A stretch of DNA of 64,000 nucleotides from Selaginella moellendorffii (Eukaryota > Plantae > Lycopodiophyta), in NCBI RefSeq assembly GCF_000143415.4, contig NW_003314444.1:56463-120462 (forward strand). Reading direction: 5' to 3'. The translations under genes and the position numbers were made by a program. This document shows positions 11,110 through 24,789 of the stretch, piece by piece. The notes beneath the pieces are model-generated. The model was not told the DNA's origin. It made no database searches and was given only the letters and a program-made list of their open reading frames with translations. Position 1 is the first letter of the stretch. Each line of letters begins with the position of its first letter.

Positions 11110-12969
11110 CAGATAACCTCAGGTAGAGGTCTCACTTGGTCCTTGCAAAGCTACACCTTCTCCCCAGGTTGGAACTCTATGTCCTAACGCTTTTGGTTCA
11201 CATACTTGGTTTGCCTTTGTTGAGCCCATTCCAAAGAATCCCTCACTAGATTCCAAATGTTGAATATTTCCGTCGTGAATGCCTCCACCGCGGGTAACTC
11301 TCCATGATACTCGGCCATGCCGAGTTCCATAGGACCTTCAATAGCTCGCCCATTGATGACTTCCCATGGACTCGGTGAGTTGTTATAGCACATTTCTGCA
11401 AGTCCCAAATGACTTACCCAATCGGTCTAGTCTCCTAAGACATAGCATCGTAAATAATCCTCCAGCTGCCTATTCACGTTTTCCATTTTTCCGTTTGTCC
11501 ATTTATCAAGAAGTGTTAATGTCATCAAACTTACTTAATACCCAATACTTGTCTTTGGGTGATAGGCCGTGCTGAATTTCAACTTTGTGCGATACTGTTC
11601 CAGGAGAGTTCTCCAGAACCTACTAGTGAATATTTTATCCGAATTTGAGATAATCTTTTTTGGCCTTCCCCGCACTTGAACCACTTGTTTGAAGAACAGC
11701 TTCGCCACACCTTCCGCATCCACTTTCGTTGTGGTGGGTATGAAATGTGCCATCTTTGAAAATTGGCCCACCACCACAAATATCGCATCAAACCCCTCAC
11801 TTGGGGGGAGTCCTGTGATGAAGTCCATCGTAAGATATTTCCATGGACGATCTGGAATTGGGATGCTTTGTAACAAGCCCCTACTAGCCTTAGTTACGGC
11901 TTTGACTTGCTGACATGTTGGACATATCTTTACATAGTCTTGGACGTCCTTAGCCATATTTGGCTAGTGATACTTTCTCTTGAGTAAGCTCATCGTCTTG
12001 GGCACTCCCCCGTGTCCCGCAAGATGTCCGTCATGACACTCTTCTAAGGCTACCTTTCTTAGTTCCCCTTTTGGAATATACACTTTCGTTTGTTTATAAT
12101 AGATGAGTCCATTGCGTTCCATATAACCTGTTTTCTCTTCCGTTGGCAACTCACCTCTCTGTCTTGGTTCCTTAGCAACACTTCTTGTGCTAGACTATCG
12201 TTCTCATATGTTGTTCGCACATCGTCCGAAAAGGTTGCTGTCGCGCTAGATATTGCCAACTTCAAGCTTGCTTTTCAACTTAAAGCATCCGCCATGATGT
12301 TGCTCTTCCTAGTGTTATATACAATCTCACAATCAAACTCAGCCAAAGCATTGGCCCACCGACCTTGTTTCTCTCTTAGGTCGGGTTGTGACAAGAAGTG
12401 TTTCATTGCCACATTATTCGTGTAAACTTTAAAGTGCCTCCCAAGGTAGTGTCACCACTCCTTGAGTGCCTTGACCACCGCAAATAATTCCTTCTCATGG
12501 GCAGGCCACTTTTGCTAAGCCTTGTCCAACTTCTTTGAGAAGAATACCACTTGATGGTTGTCTTGCTTCAAAACTGCACCCAATGCAAAGTCCGAAGAAT
12601 CCGTTTCTACTTCAAAGTCCTTACCAAAGTCGGGTAACACCAACATGGGAGTCTTTCTCAACTTCCTTTTGAGGTGGACAAATGCTGGTTCGCATTCCAT
12701 TGTCCATACTATCTTCCCTTTACCCATTTGGTCTGTTAAGGGCAAGGCTACTCTCAAATAGTGTTTAATAAACTTTCAGTAGTAGTTATATAGCCCCAAG
12801 AACACCCCCAACTCAGGTACATTTGATGGTCACTCTCATTCTTGGATCGCTTGGACCTTCTCAAAGTCCATTTTGAGCCCATCCTTGCCCATTACATGCC
12901 CGAAAAACTTTACCTCTTGTTGAGCAAAGTCACATTTGCTCTCTTTAACATATAGCTTGTGTTCCCTTT
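11110..12969 (-). pseudogene. Ty3/gypsy pol remnant (RT end, RNase H, integrase)
   Basis: FEVETDSSDFALGAVL; HDGHLAGHGG..CPTCQ zinc finger; MDFITGLP; STAYHPKT; many stops; ends at an assembly gap. Confidence 0.9.
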
Positions 12970-13511
12970 NNNNNNNNNNNNNNNNNNNNNNNNNNNNNNN
13001 NNNNNNNNNNNNNNNNNNNNNNNNNNNNNNNNNNNNNNNNNNNNNNNNNNNNNNNNNNNNNNNNNNNNNCGATGAATATTGGCTTGGTGAAAAGGACGAA
13101 TAAAGTTACGCATGATAGGGTTACTTAATTGTTGCAGCTCTAAATCCAATATATGAAAGAAACATCTCCATGACATTGCTTCTTTTACAAACTGCCCTAA
13201 AGCCATGCTGACCAAGGCCTGTTGTAAACCAAGTCACTGGTTTCATTTCGTTTTCTACACAAGAAAAATGCGAATTCAAAGCAAACAAAATTTGTCTGTT
13301 AATTAAATTTTAAGTAGCCTTCTTGCTCACATCTTATCTTTTCGCTTCTGGCAGCAATCACCAAGAGGTAAAATAAAGAAGGAAAACCGGTTAAAAGGTA
13401 GCTAGCTAGCAGAAGAAATACTCCTCCCAAGAGCATAAAGATGATTTGCCACCACAAAGAAACTGAGCCAAATGATTGACAGATTCATGTTTATGTTCAT
13501 GGTTTGTATAG

Positions 13512-14107
13512 GACTGGAAATGTGGATGAGTCCATCCCCTGGACATACCTCAGGAGTCAATCTCCATGATTTTATCACTGAATTACAGAAATATAGTGAT
13601 GTCAAGATCGTGAGCAGAGCTTTCAAGGAGTGGAGTATCAGGGAAGCAGCACACCAGAAAATATATGAAAGGAAGAATTTTGGAGGACAAAAGATGCGTG
13701 TGGCATTTACGAATTCTTTTGGCTGCTCCACAAGAACTCAGGGTTGGCTTGAACAAAAACGAAATACATACTTTTTGAACAAAGCCGTCCATGAAGCTGA
13801 TTGTGTGAGGCTCGCAAAGATGGTTGGAGAATTGGAGCTGAGATTGTGTCTAGAAAAACTGGTTTGATTTGAAAACAATAGCTAAGTTTTGCAAGTGGAT
13901 CCAAAAGTTTTGGAAAATGAGTTGTTCTTTATGGCAAATCTCCTCGCAAGATCATTCATTCATACTCCATCAAATTTCAAGCAAGCGGTTCTGGCTATCT
14001 ACCATCCAATCCCTACAAAGCGTTTAATTGAAATGAAACGATCAGTGATTCTTGCTGCCTTGAACTTTGTCCAAAGTTTGGACAAAAATTACAGCCAAAA
14101 CTTTTGA
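13512..14107 (+). CDS. Probable 3' exons of an unidentified gene
   Basis: Protein-like ORF pieces (13472-13867, 13889-14107) with short GT..AG intron-like segments; no family recognised; 5' part probably beyond the gap. Confidence 0.35.
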
Positions 14108-14562
14108 GTTTCTGGATTCAAACCTAGCCTAGTACGAAGCATGCAACCTCCAGAGCTCTGGCTGGAACATGGAACTTTGTTTTTTTGAGAGGGATGGAGG
14201 TCTGAACCAGCTCAGTGCTCTCCCAATAGCCAGGTCCCTTGTGTTGCTCAGAAAACATGAACGTCACATGCTCCAGGCAGAGTTCTGTTTGAATAGATAA
14301 CTAAGTAAATAACTAAACCAATTTAACCATAAATGTTTCTCAAGATCCTCTCAACCTGGGCCAGACACGAAGTTATGGATTAAATTCCCCAGTGACGTCT
14401 CAGGATCCCAGAAGTGACCTGATATATAAATACCTACACTAGCTGGGATCAGTGGCGGGTTTTTTATATCCATTTGCCAGTTGGTCAGAATACGAATTTG
14501 TTTATAGTTGAGTTGTCATTAAATTGGAAAACAAAGTAGAAACCTAAAGCGCAGGGTTGCGT

Positions 14563-17382
14563 ATGGGGCAATTTCGTATACGAGTGCATCTGCGTTTGAG
14601 ACCGTCGGACAAACACTCTTCTCATTTTCATCTGGAGCATAAGGCTAATGGCTTGCCATCAATCGTCCGGGTTAACCTTCTCAAGCATGAAAAGATCGTT
14701 TCGAAGCACTTCAAGGAAGAAGTGTGCTTCAATTTCGACAGCATTATCGAAGTAAGTAGCCTCTAGGTAAGAAGTTGAACTTTACTTTTGCTTGCGTCCA
14801 GGGAGCCACTCAAGAAGCCGTATTTGAAAGATGTGCAGCTCCAGCACTAACAGATGTACTCAATGGCTACAATGGCAACATTGTTGCTTATGGACAAGTT
14901 GGATCTGGAAAGACGTTCACAATGGCTGGGGAAACAAAAGTTCGTTTTCTTATTTCCATCCCGCACATAAAGGCTTACGAGGTAAAATGTGGCAATCAGC
15001 CTTTTGTTCACAGTGGAGTTATTCCTCGATGTATCAACCGTCTTTTCGAAGAAAAAGAATCTAAGCCTGAAGCTGAGATCACAATTCATGTTTCTTATCT
15101 AGAAATATATAATGAAGTTAGTCTGAACAAAGGCCTTCTTTATTTTCTTTAATCTTCCTACTTCCAGGTTGTATATGATCTTCTGATGAAAAATCAAGCT
15201 GCAAGCAACTTAGTACTGATGGAAGGGAGAGGCATAATGGAAGTCAAAGGCCTTCGCAAGACTCTTTGCCGAACTGAAGCTGATGCTATGAAGCTTCTAT
15301 TTGAAGGAGGGCGGAGGAGGTCGGTCGCAAGCCATCCACTCAGCCGGGTATGTTCGTAAACCTGATTATATCTTCCCTTTTAAAAAATGGAGATATGCGT
15401 AATCAATGACCCATTTCAGGCGTCTAGTAGATCACATACCGTGTTTACATTGTATGTGGAACGACATGCTGGGCTCAAGTCTCTTCCAGAAAGAACTGCT
15501 GCAAGGTTGAATTTGATCGATCTCGCTGGGTTGGAGCGGTTCAGAGGTTTTAAGCCACCAGATCCACTAATGAGGGAAGCCATGTCCATAAACAAGTCAC
15601 TTACGTTTCTAGAACAGGTAAAAAAGCTTTTTTGCACATATAATTAATTTAGGTTCATTTCAGGCTGTTCTAGAGCTAAGAAGGGGGCAGAACCACATTT
15701 CTTTCAGGCAAAGTCGGTTAACAGCCTTCCTTCGGGATGCGATTGTAGGAAACGGGAAAACAGTTTTAATCGTCTGTGCAGTACCAGAGGATGATTACCT
15801 TGATGAGACGGTATGGCTTTTTTTCTTATCAAATTAAAGTTCTTTATTTAATCACGTGCTGTATGACATCAGATTAGCGTCTTTAAATTTGCAAAACGTC
15901 TTAGAGAACTAAAGACTAAAGCTGTGATAAACAAAGTTTTGGATCCAATTTACAAAGAACGGTACACATGCACTCCATGAAACGCTCCATAATTTCTACC
16001 GCATAACAGGAAGTATGAGAAGCGCATCCTTGAGCTTAAGCAGGAGCTTGCTTTAAAAGATGCACTGAATGGCCATGCGAACATTTCTTATGAGGAAATG
16101 AAGTAAGATTATTGTCAGAACCTCAATATTATTACTTTTATTACTGCCCGTGGACGACCAGTGATGATTTGAAGATGGAACTTCAAGCGTCAGTCAAGCA
16201 TTTCCTCGCTGATGGTGGGACCATCAATGACATTCCAGTGGACACACTATCTCAAGTAACTAGGTCCTCAATGATTATGTATGTTTCTAAAGAATATTCT
16301 TGGGCAGGTGAGGGAGATTTTCAACATTTTTAAGGAAGCACAACTTAGTCTAAAACAACAAGAAGTGAGTTTTTCTCAGAAAGCTCACCTATAGACTTGC
16401 CTAAAGTATAATGATCAGGTCAGTAAAGGACAAACGGATTGCACTGCAGGTATAGAACATCCAGATGATATTCTTGCTGCTCAACCATGTTCAACTGAGG
16501 GAGTGGGTGAGCTGGATGGTCAGGTATTTCTGGTTACAATAGTTTGAGCTTTTACCTTAAACTATATTAGTAGAGCTTCCATGTTGGCGAGGCACCACTG
16601 GATGCGAAGCCTGACTTGCAAGATATTTTAATTCTGCCTGTAGTAAAGGATCCTGATCAAGAAGTTGCTTCTGTTCTGCAATCTCGTTCTGTCAAAGAAG
16701 AACCAAGTCCAGACACAAAGAATGCGGTAAGGGTATCGAATTGTGTATCATGGTTATGCAGATTGTTTGTTTGGCAGGCCTTTATTCACTACAAAAAGAA
16801 TGTAGCTGAGGGTCAGCAATTTGAGTCACTGATAAAAGACAAAACTATTGAACTAAGGTACCCGAAAGTTTGTACGTACTTTTATGTCTTTCCAACAGGC
16901 TCAAGAGAAAATTTGCACATGAGACGCAAGCTCATATTCAGGGCGGCAGACAGGAAATTAGTGACCTGAATGTAAGAATCTGTTTATCTTTTTTCTCCAG
17001 TGTTGCTTAGTACGTGACAGCGAGTGTAGTGTCTGCTTGACGAACGCTCAAGCAGAGCAGTACTTTTTGAAGAGAATCAAGTCCTTGTGGTAAATGAAAG
17101 AAAGGAAATTTCTCAAAGGTGAAATACAATTAGAATAAAGCTCTTTAGTTCTAACAAGAGTACAGGCTCAGAAATGTCAAATCGGAGTATCGTACGGCAT
17201 TTGAAGCTCTCAAGCAGGTCAAAAGGGAAATTGATCATGTCAACCAAGAGGTAAGGATTCTCTACTTTGTATCCATTTGGTCGAATTGTTTGTTGTCGAA
17301 TTGCTTATAGATACGAGAGCTTAAAAGAAACTTGCTGGAATCATTCTACAAGTGGTTTGAAACGCATAAAAAATCTATGTAA
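14563..17382 (+). CDS. Kinesin-9 family motor (KIF9/KLP1-like), multi-exon with ~50-70 nt introns
   Basis: Motor: IRVHLRLRP, GYNGNIVAYGQVGSGKTFTM, VSYLEIYNE, SSRSH, LNLIDLAGLER. Kinesin-9-type INKSLTFLEQ, LKQELALKD..ISYE, VGELDGQ..VGEAP and C-terminal LLESFYKWF. First intron 14752-14801; last exon 17311-17382 ends in TAA. Confidence 0.88.
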
Positions 17383-17739
17383 ATTTAAACGTAGTTTTGT
17401 AACAGAGCTATTGTCAATGTAGATTTTTAAATTAGAGGCTAAAGCTCCTTAATTTAGCCATAAAGCAAAAGCACAAATTTTCCCTCCCCTGGTCCATGTA
17501 CAAACCAGCTGCAAGATGGGCACTGATTTCAAGGAAGAGAGATATTTGGATGTTAATTCCCATCTAAAGGAAAACATTCTAACAGCGCCTCTTGTGAGAC
17601 TAACACTACCTCGTGCAAGATCAACAACACAATGGAAGGGCACTTCCCTCGAGTATTTTTTCTAAGGGAAGGCATGTCCTACCGTCCTCCACAAACTCAC
17701 TAAATTGGAAGGAACCAAAACAAACATGAGGAATTATCT

Positions 17740-18933
17740 ATAATGGTTTAGATGGTGGAGAATTAGCTGCACATGGGACGCCATGGTATTTGAGTATTTA
17801 TCCCCATCCTCTTGACTGAGATCCTCTTCATCTGGTTGTATCCTATTCATAGGCACATAAAGCTTTCTTTTCGCCAGAAGCTATGTCTGCGACGGATCTC
17901 TCATGAGAAAAAGCTCCCATTGCAGTGAGATCTGAACGTGCTCTGCCAGTTGCCAGGTCCCAGGCATTAGCTTCTGCATTGCGAGTTCTTTTTAATTAAA
18001 CAAAGAAACTACCATGCTGGCAAAGCGCAAAGACGGGCTTGTTATTGATACCCGATAGAAATAGATACTGATTGCGGTAACACCGTCATATGTTGAATCC
18101 GCTAAGAAGTAACATGACAACTTTCGGCAAAAATATTGGAGGATAATAGTTTAGAACGCATAGTCAGGTGCCTGAGTCATCGGGCTGGAAGGAACTCTTG
18201 AGAGCAACCCCAAGTCTCACTTAAGAGCCTCATTGGTATGCAAGACGAGAACTGGCTTCTATCTGCTGATGAATAGATAACAATGTGAAAAAAAAAGACT
18301 GAGAAGAAATTAAGGCTAAGTACTTATTTCTTTGTGACACTTGCATTTATTTTTGAGCAATTAAGAGAAATGTAATGTTTGTAGCTAGTTTCTGTCACCA
18401 TAAATAACCAATTTGGAATATAACTTGCTGGATCGAGAAGAAAGTATGTTCCAGAAAAAGTGCAAAGCTCAGTGATGAACCGATTTGAACATAAGGAAGG
18501 CACCAATTGCACTATAAAAAGAAAAAAACTTACAAAACCATATAATCTTCATTAGGCCATGAAGAGCTCTTGCAAACCAAATTTGCTTGGATCTCCTACA
18601 CCATGAGAGCTGGAAGAGAATGAGAAATTCATAGCGCAAGCACTGGACTTGGCGGTCGTCAGAAACTGGTAAAAGAAAGGTATCCCTGTACTCAAACTCC
18701 TTGGGATCCAGCCATAGTGATTGAGATTGCCGAAATGCGGTCTTGATTGCTTCAAAGACTGGTCCACTAGGATCATACCTCCTGGTCTGGGAGGCTAAGT
18801 CAGGAAGTTCATCTTCTTCATTTTCATTGCTGGAGACAACAATGATTTCTTCCTTCAATCCCTGACTTATAGTTGGCTGAGGCACCCTCATCAAAACGCT
18901 TTGGAGATCCTGTGACAAAAATCTCATGACCAC
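17740..18933 (-). pseudogene. Unidentified multi-exon gene or pseudogene, convergent with the kinesin
   Basis: ORFs 18469-18933 and 18324-18512 plus further exon-like pieces with short introns and in-frame stops; no family recognised. Confidence 0.3.
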
Positions 18934-19888
18934 TGAATCCCATCCTCTCCTACACCGCTATCAAGGAAGATTGACTTTTCTACCAGATTACAAGGATTCT
19001 CAATATAAATAGAACTGAGCTTCAATTTGAATCTTCTACAAAGGAAACTTTCTCTTAGAACACTTTAGGAAAGATTATCAGAGGCTTCTGATCAAACTTC
19101 AAATGAAACTCTCTTATTGCATTAGGTCACTCAAACACTTAGAAAACTTTTGGGAAGAAACTGACAGTGAAGAACAAGGATATTTGTTCTTGATTGAGTG
19201 GAAAAGGAATTTAAGATTTGCTTCTAAAGCATTGAATGATTGTGTCCTTGTAAAGACACATCACATCTTTGTTCATAGTGGATTTTTCCAATAAATATAT
19301 CCTACAGCTTGCAAATTAAGGTACTGAAGAAAAGATTACAGAAGCTAAGAAGCTACCCATTTAATAGCAACATTGAAAGAATGAAATTTAACTTTGTCGC
19401 ATCCTAATTGTTGATTTTTAGGGTTTGATGGCTAGCATTTGAGAAGGGATGTGCAGGGAGTTTCTAGCAGGGAAAAGTGAGAGAAAGGCACTTCAATCTT
19501 GCAATGTGCTTCAATCTCTAGTGATCTAGATAAAGAAAGATGCTTCTCAATCATGGTATGCCTTAAGCTTCTTTTCAAAGTCCTCTACTACTTCTCGATC
19601 TCCCCATTTGTTGCTCTCAAGTCGCTGCTCGTGGCTTGTGGCTCACAGGTTTTTCTTTCCTTGGCACTGGAAAGATGCCTATTTTTTGGCTTCTTTATTT
19701 TTTCTTTTCCAACTTCTTATAGCATTTACTAAAGAGTTTTGATTGTCTTTTTGGAGATACATAAATCATGCCACAACAGAAGAAGCATNNNNNNNNNNNN
19801 NNNNNNNNNNNNNNNNNNNNNNNNNNNNNNNNNNNNNNNNNNNNNNNNNNNNNNNNNNNNNNNNNNNNNNNNNNNNNNNNNNNNNNNN

Positions 19889-20045
19889 CCCGAGAGGTCA
19901 CCCCAACCCAGTATTATTCAAACCCCGGATATCCCAAGACTCTTAACTGATTTAAAAAGGGGTGCACTTTTGTTCATCGGCCCTTTCCCTTAATATTCAA
20001 ACCCCTATTGATTGTCTCTTGAGTTGTTCCCTTTGGTTGCTTACA
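19889..20045 (-). mobile_element. Partial Cassandra-like LTR, cut by a gap
   Basis: Reverse complement begins TGTAAGCAACCAAAGGGAACAACTC and includes TAATACTGGGTTGGGGTGACCTCTCGGG. Confidence 0.88.
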
Positions 20046-20129
20046 AAAATGTGCTACATTAAGGTATGAATAGTGGGATTTATATCTTCCATTGGTGTAC
20101 TTCACCTACATTAATAGCCAATATAGTGG

Positions 20130-20510
20130 AATGTCTTTGCTTTGCCATGTTTGAAAGGCATCCCAAAATAGTATTAGAGGTGGGATTGCATTTGAGCAAG
20201 GATGTTCAAGACAAACTTGATTTAAGGCAACTGATTTAGCCACAAAACTTGATGAAATTCTAGTGGTATCCAAATGGAATTTGCAAGTGGCTCAAAATAG
20301 AGAGGAGAAGTTTTCTAATGAGCACCACTAATTCTAGGAATATAAGGTGGGAGATTTTGTCTTTGTGCAACTGATCTATTAGGTGAGCAGTAGAATGTTT
20401 TTTGCTTTTGTATAGTAAGAAGAGTGACAGACTTTCTCACATATATGCCGATGTGTGTGAAATGTTGGAGCCCATTGGTAAGACAGATTATCAAGTGCAA
20501 CTGTCAACTA
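20130..20510 (+). pseudogene. Ty3/gypsy integrase C-terminal fragment
   Basis: Colinear with ~40135-40380. Confidence 0.7.
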
Positions 20511-20574
20511 GAGTAAAATTTATTCTTTCTGTGTGTTTTGCTTGCTAGGCTTAAGCTTTTGGTGGCACTGTACA

Positions 20575-20880
20575 GGGACATTTAAGCTGACAATGTAATT
20601 CATAGAGGACTATCCCAACAAACCTCCCACTATGAGGTTTGTTTCCAAGATGTTCCATAGTGAGTCCCTTTTTTTATTTTCTTCTTTTTCTTACTCATCT
20701 CTTCACAATTTATGCTGACAGAAGTATCTGCAAAATCAATGGAGTCTGATCTATGATGTTGTGGCAATTCTTACATCCATACAGATTTGGTTTTTTTTCT
20801 CACCTTTTTTGGAATAGACTTTCTTACACTTGCAATCACTGCTTTGTAATCCTAACCCAAACTCGCTAGCAAATTCCAAA
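20575..20880 (+). pseudogene. UBC2/RAD6-type E2 ubiquitin-conjugating enzyme fragment with intron remnants
   Basis: [27 protein letters not shown] / YADRSIC..NQWSLIYDVVAILTSIQ / SLLCNPNPNSLANS, separated by pyrimidine-rich intron remnants. Confidence 0.85.
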
Positions 20881-21838
20881 CTGTGTAAGGGATCAGAGCA
20901 TCGACTGTGCACTAGATTCAACCAAGAGTACAGTTCTTAGCCAGGACTTACGACCAAACACTTCAATCATGACATGGATTATTATCATAGCAAGGTCTAT
21001 CACTGACTTAAAGGTATACAGCCATTTCTCCAAATGATTTTTACCACCTGTTGAATTTAGTTGCATGAGAATCCTCTAAGAATATTAAGAGCCCAAGTGC
21101 TAACATAAGTATCGAACTTGGACAAGTTGAGAGTTCCTTGTAGGAGGTTATAGAAAGAAACTTCAAACCATTACCATGTCAAGAGCAATGACTTCACTTT
21201 CACTCAATGTTTCCCAAAGCCTTTTTATGAAATGTAATGGAGAAGCACCTGTCTGTAGACACTTTGAAAGCTAAACCACATTCCCAGTAAATCAGAACCT
21301 ACTTTAATTTCTCTGATAATGAGTAAACCAAAATAATCGTACTCTTGCCAAACAAATATACTCTTTACTTGCAAATCAAGTCATTGTTCTTCTCTTTGGT
21401 GGAGCATTTCTTTCTCTAAATGCACACAAACTTTACACTATAATTAAAAATTGCTTTATGCTTGAATGAAAGTGGGCTTCCAGTTCATGCATAGAATCAA
21501 CACAATTTCTGCAAATGAGAAATATAAAAAGACTTACTTTTAATTAATAATTATGAAAATTTGGTTTATTCTGCTTTCTTATTTCTTATAAAAGGTTTTA
21601 AAATAGTATTAGTCTTATTTTTATGCTCTTAATATGCTTTAAACTTATTAGCACTAAACATTACTCCAAAAACTACTCTCTCCATCACTCATATAAAGTT
21701 TTACAACTATACCATCAACTATTTAAAACTATTCATTTCAACAATTATTTTTAATATCTAAAGAAATCACTAAAAAATATGTTAAAAATAATTAAATTTT
21801 CTTTTGGAATTGTTTCATATTATTTTAATCTATATTTT

Positions 21839-21863
21839 CCAGCGGAGCTGGAATCCTAGCTAG
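21839..21863 (+). mobile_element. Helitron 3' terminus
   Basis: Hairpin CCAGC-GGA-GCTGG, then AATCCTAGCTAG|T; near-identical to the 3' end of the RepHel element at 42522-42546. Confidence 0.85.
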
Positions 21864-21869
21864 TAATCA

Positions 21870-23882
21870 TCATCATACTCCCTTATTTAAAAGTGCTATT
21901 GGCATATTAACTTGTATTTGGTTTCTTTTTTAAATAATCTTATGATACTTATTACATTTTCATCAATGAATCTAATCACATTGAGTTGTCATTTAGCTCA
22001 TATATAGTCTAAGATTTATGCAATATCATAAAGCTATAATACTATTTTTAAGACTAATAATTTGTGCATTGATAATGAAAAATAAATAAATAAATAAAAT
22101 GACATAAAAGTAAAAATATAATTCAGAAAAAATTAGACACAATACAAAATGCTACCATCTAAGAAAAGGTGATACATCATCACTTAAACTTTATTATTAT
22201 TAAATTAATATATGGAACATTCTTAAACTTTCTGATATGTTATGGTTTTAGGGAAAGAAAAAGTAAACATAAAGGTAATAATCTTAATTCATTATCTCTA
22301 TATAAAAAAAAATACAGAAAGAATGTTAATTAAATATAATATAATAAACTAACTTTTAATTAGTACTCTTGAAAAGTAAAAATATAATTATTATGAAGGG
22401 AGAGGATTACGAATACAAATATACTATAATATTATGAAGTTATAAAATAACAATTATACGAAGTACTTATAGAGAAATTATTTTAGATATATTTTCTAAA
22501 AAACTAAATAAATTTATAAACATAAAATAAATTTAAAGTAGAATATAGAGAAAATATTGTCTATAAAAATATGATATATTATATCTTAAAATATAGGACT
22601 TAATAGGTCTGGCTATTTCTTGTTTAAAATAATTTGGTTTTTAACAGTAGTCTTATGGGAATTATTAATACATAAATGAAATTGAGCACATTAAGATGTC
22701 ATGGCTAAGTTATATTCTATGATTTATATAATATCAAAAGTTTCTTACACTTTTCTTTACATTGCATTTATACATGAAAAACGTAATAAGGTATAAATAT
22801 GATAAAGAAAACATTAGTACATGGACCATATAAAGAAATTCGATTCACCATGAATTGAAATTTAATTATATTAGATCTATCTATATACCATTCATGAATT
22901 TTCTGATATATTATAGTTCTAGCATAAAACAAAATTACATATCATCAAACCCTACTCCATCCTAGTATAGAGTAAAACATTACCATTCATTTATCATTCT
23001 AAAAATTCATCTTTTATAACATTGTTATAAAGGATTAATTTTAAATATAAATACATGAATATAGAGAGACAATAATCTTATTTCAGATTAGCATTCACTC
23101 TCTCTCTCTCTGTATATATATATATATTTATTTATATACATATATAATAATATATAAAAGATTAATGTTTATTATAAAAGAGATAATTCTTCATATTTTA
23201 AATATTAGTCTCAAAATGAATGAACATAAATATTAGGATAAAAAGGGAATATAGAAAATAAATATTTGAAATAATAAAGTTTCTTAAATTAAAATATGAC
23301 ACATAAAGGTAACATTTATCACTTAGTATCATGCAATTTCAAAACTTTCAATGTGGAAAGATGCAAAACTAAACTCTATAACAATTTTTTATTTTATAAA
23401 TTTACAAGATGTATGTATTTTAAATGAGTTTTAAATCTATATTTTTTGACATCATTATATTTTAGTGTATTTAAGTAATACTTACTTTATTTACAGGAAA
23501 AATTATAGAGTTTGAATGAATCATCAAGAAATAATATTTTTTATGAATTATATAGATTTCAAGTAATAGAAAAAATTAGTTACCAAACCTCAATCTCTAA
23601 ATGACTCATCTAGCTATGGGATCCCATAGGGAGCAATTCCATTTATAAAAGTTCTAAGCCTTCACTCAACATTCAGAGTTTTAAATATGATATGATGTTA
23701 TGAGTTATATTTATATTATGTTATAATGTGTGTTGGTGGTAGAGTCAATTTTAGAAGGGATTTTTAATATAAAGATTATATTATGTTTTATTATTCTGAT
23801 TTTGTTAAAAATTACAATTATGTTTTCAACTCTTTGTCAGAATTAAACACAATGCTCTCAGTGTACTTGAGAGTTTTGCTAG
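21870..23882 (+). mobile_element. Probable AT-rich non-autonomous Helitron
   Basis: 5'-like TCATACTCCCTTATTTAAAAGTGCTATT; 3' hairpin CTCTCA..TGAGAG (23855-23873) then CTAG|T at 23879-23882; the same 5' motif recurs at 23883. Confidence 0.55.
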
Positions 23883-24112
23883 TACTCCCCTATTTAAAAG
23901 TGCTATTGCCATATGACATCTGGCATCATTTATTCCATTTTTAGAATATTATTTGTGAATATGCTTATAATCTAACGGTTCAAATTCAAAAACTTAAAAA
24001 ATTGACAAGATGTCAATCCATTGGTGATGAGAAGTCTCAAAAGTTCCAAAACATTTTGTGATCTAAGTCACAAGTATGGAATTTGGCAATTTAGAAATCT
24101 ATTGTTCAATGG

Positions 24113-24783
24113 TGTAGTGTATGTGATCATGGGATGAGATTTGGATATATTGTCACCGTAGATCCTTAGAGCTTTGGGGGATAAATGGGGATAAAATAGC
24201 CACTAAAGGTTGTCTCATCAAGCAATTGCCCCTTTTCTAGTTAGCTTAAGGGGAGAGAAATAAGATGTGCTACAGTTGATATCGAAGCAAATGGCATGGG
24301 TTTGATTCCCATTGATTAGTGGCTATTTAAAAATATAATATACCCTTGAGCAAAATATATTCCTACCCCTAAATTTAAAATCGTATATATTAGGCATCCA
24401 TGTGTACGTCCTTCCTCTTGTGTGGAGTATCCACGGACGAAGGTATCCATCGTGGGACTGTGGTACGGGTGGATGACTAGTTGCTTCACATGGAATAACT
24501 GATCTACACAATAGAAGGATTGGTACATTCAGTGCGGAAATGGAGGTGTTGATTCCCCTTGGCTCAGTAGGGGTTGTTAGTCAATAGTCAATGAGGACAT
24601 TGACATCTCTAAAGAGGGGGTGAGTGTAACGCATGTGATCATGGGATGAAATTTGGATATGCTGTCACTGTAGATCCTTGGAACCTTGGGGGATAAATGG
24701 GGATAAAATAGTCACTAAAGGCTTTCTCATCAAGCAATTGCCCCTTTTCCAGTTGGCTTAAGGGGAGAGAGATAAAGTGTGCT
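24113..24783 (+). mobile_element. TRIM family 2, older copy
   Basis: Colinear with 10073-10746; LTRs at 24113-24274 and 24625-~24783; mostly C>T/G>A decay; 3' tip and TSD lost. Confidence 0.9.
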
Positions 24784-24789
24784 TAAGTC

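Noticed and set aside
17740-18933. Ulp1-like protease call for the minus-strand gene
   Set aside because: Only vague similarity (SSWPNEDYM); no His/Asp/Cys catalytic motifs found.
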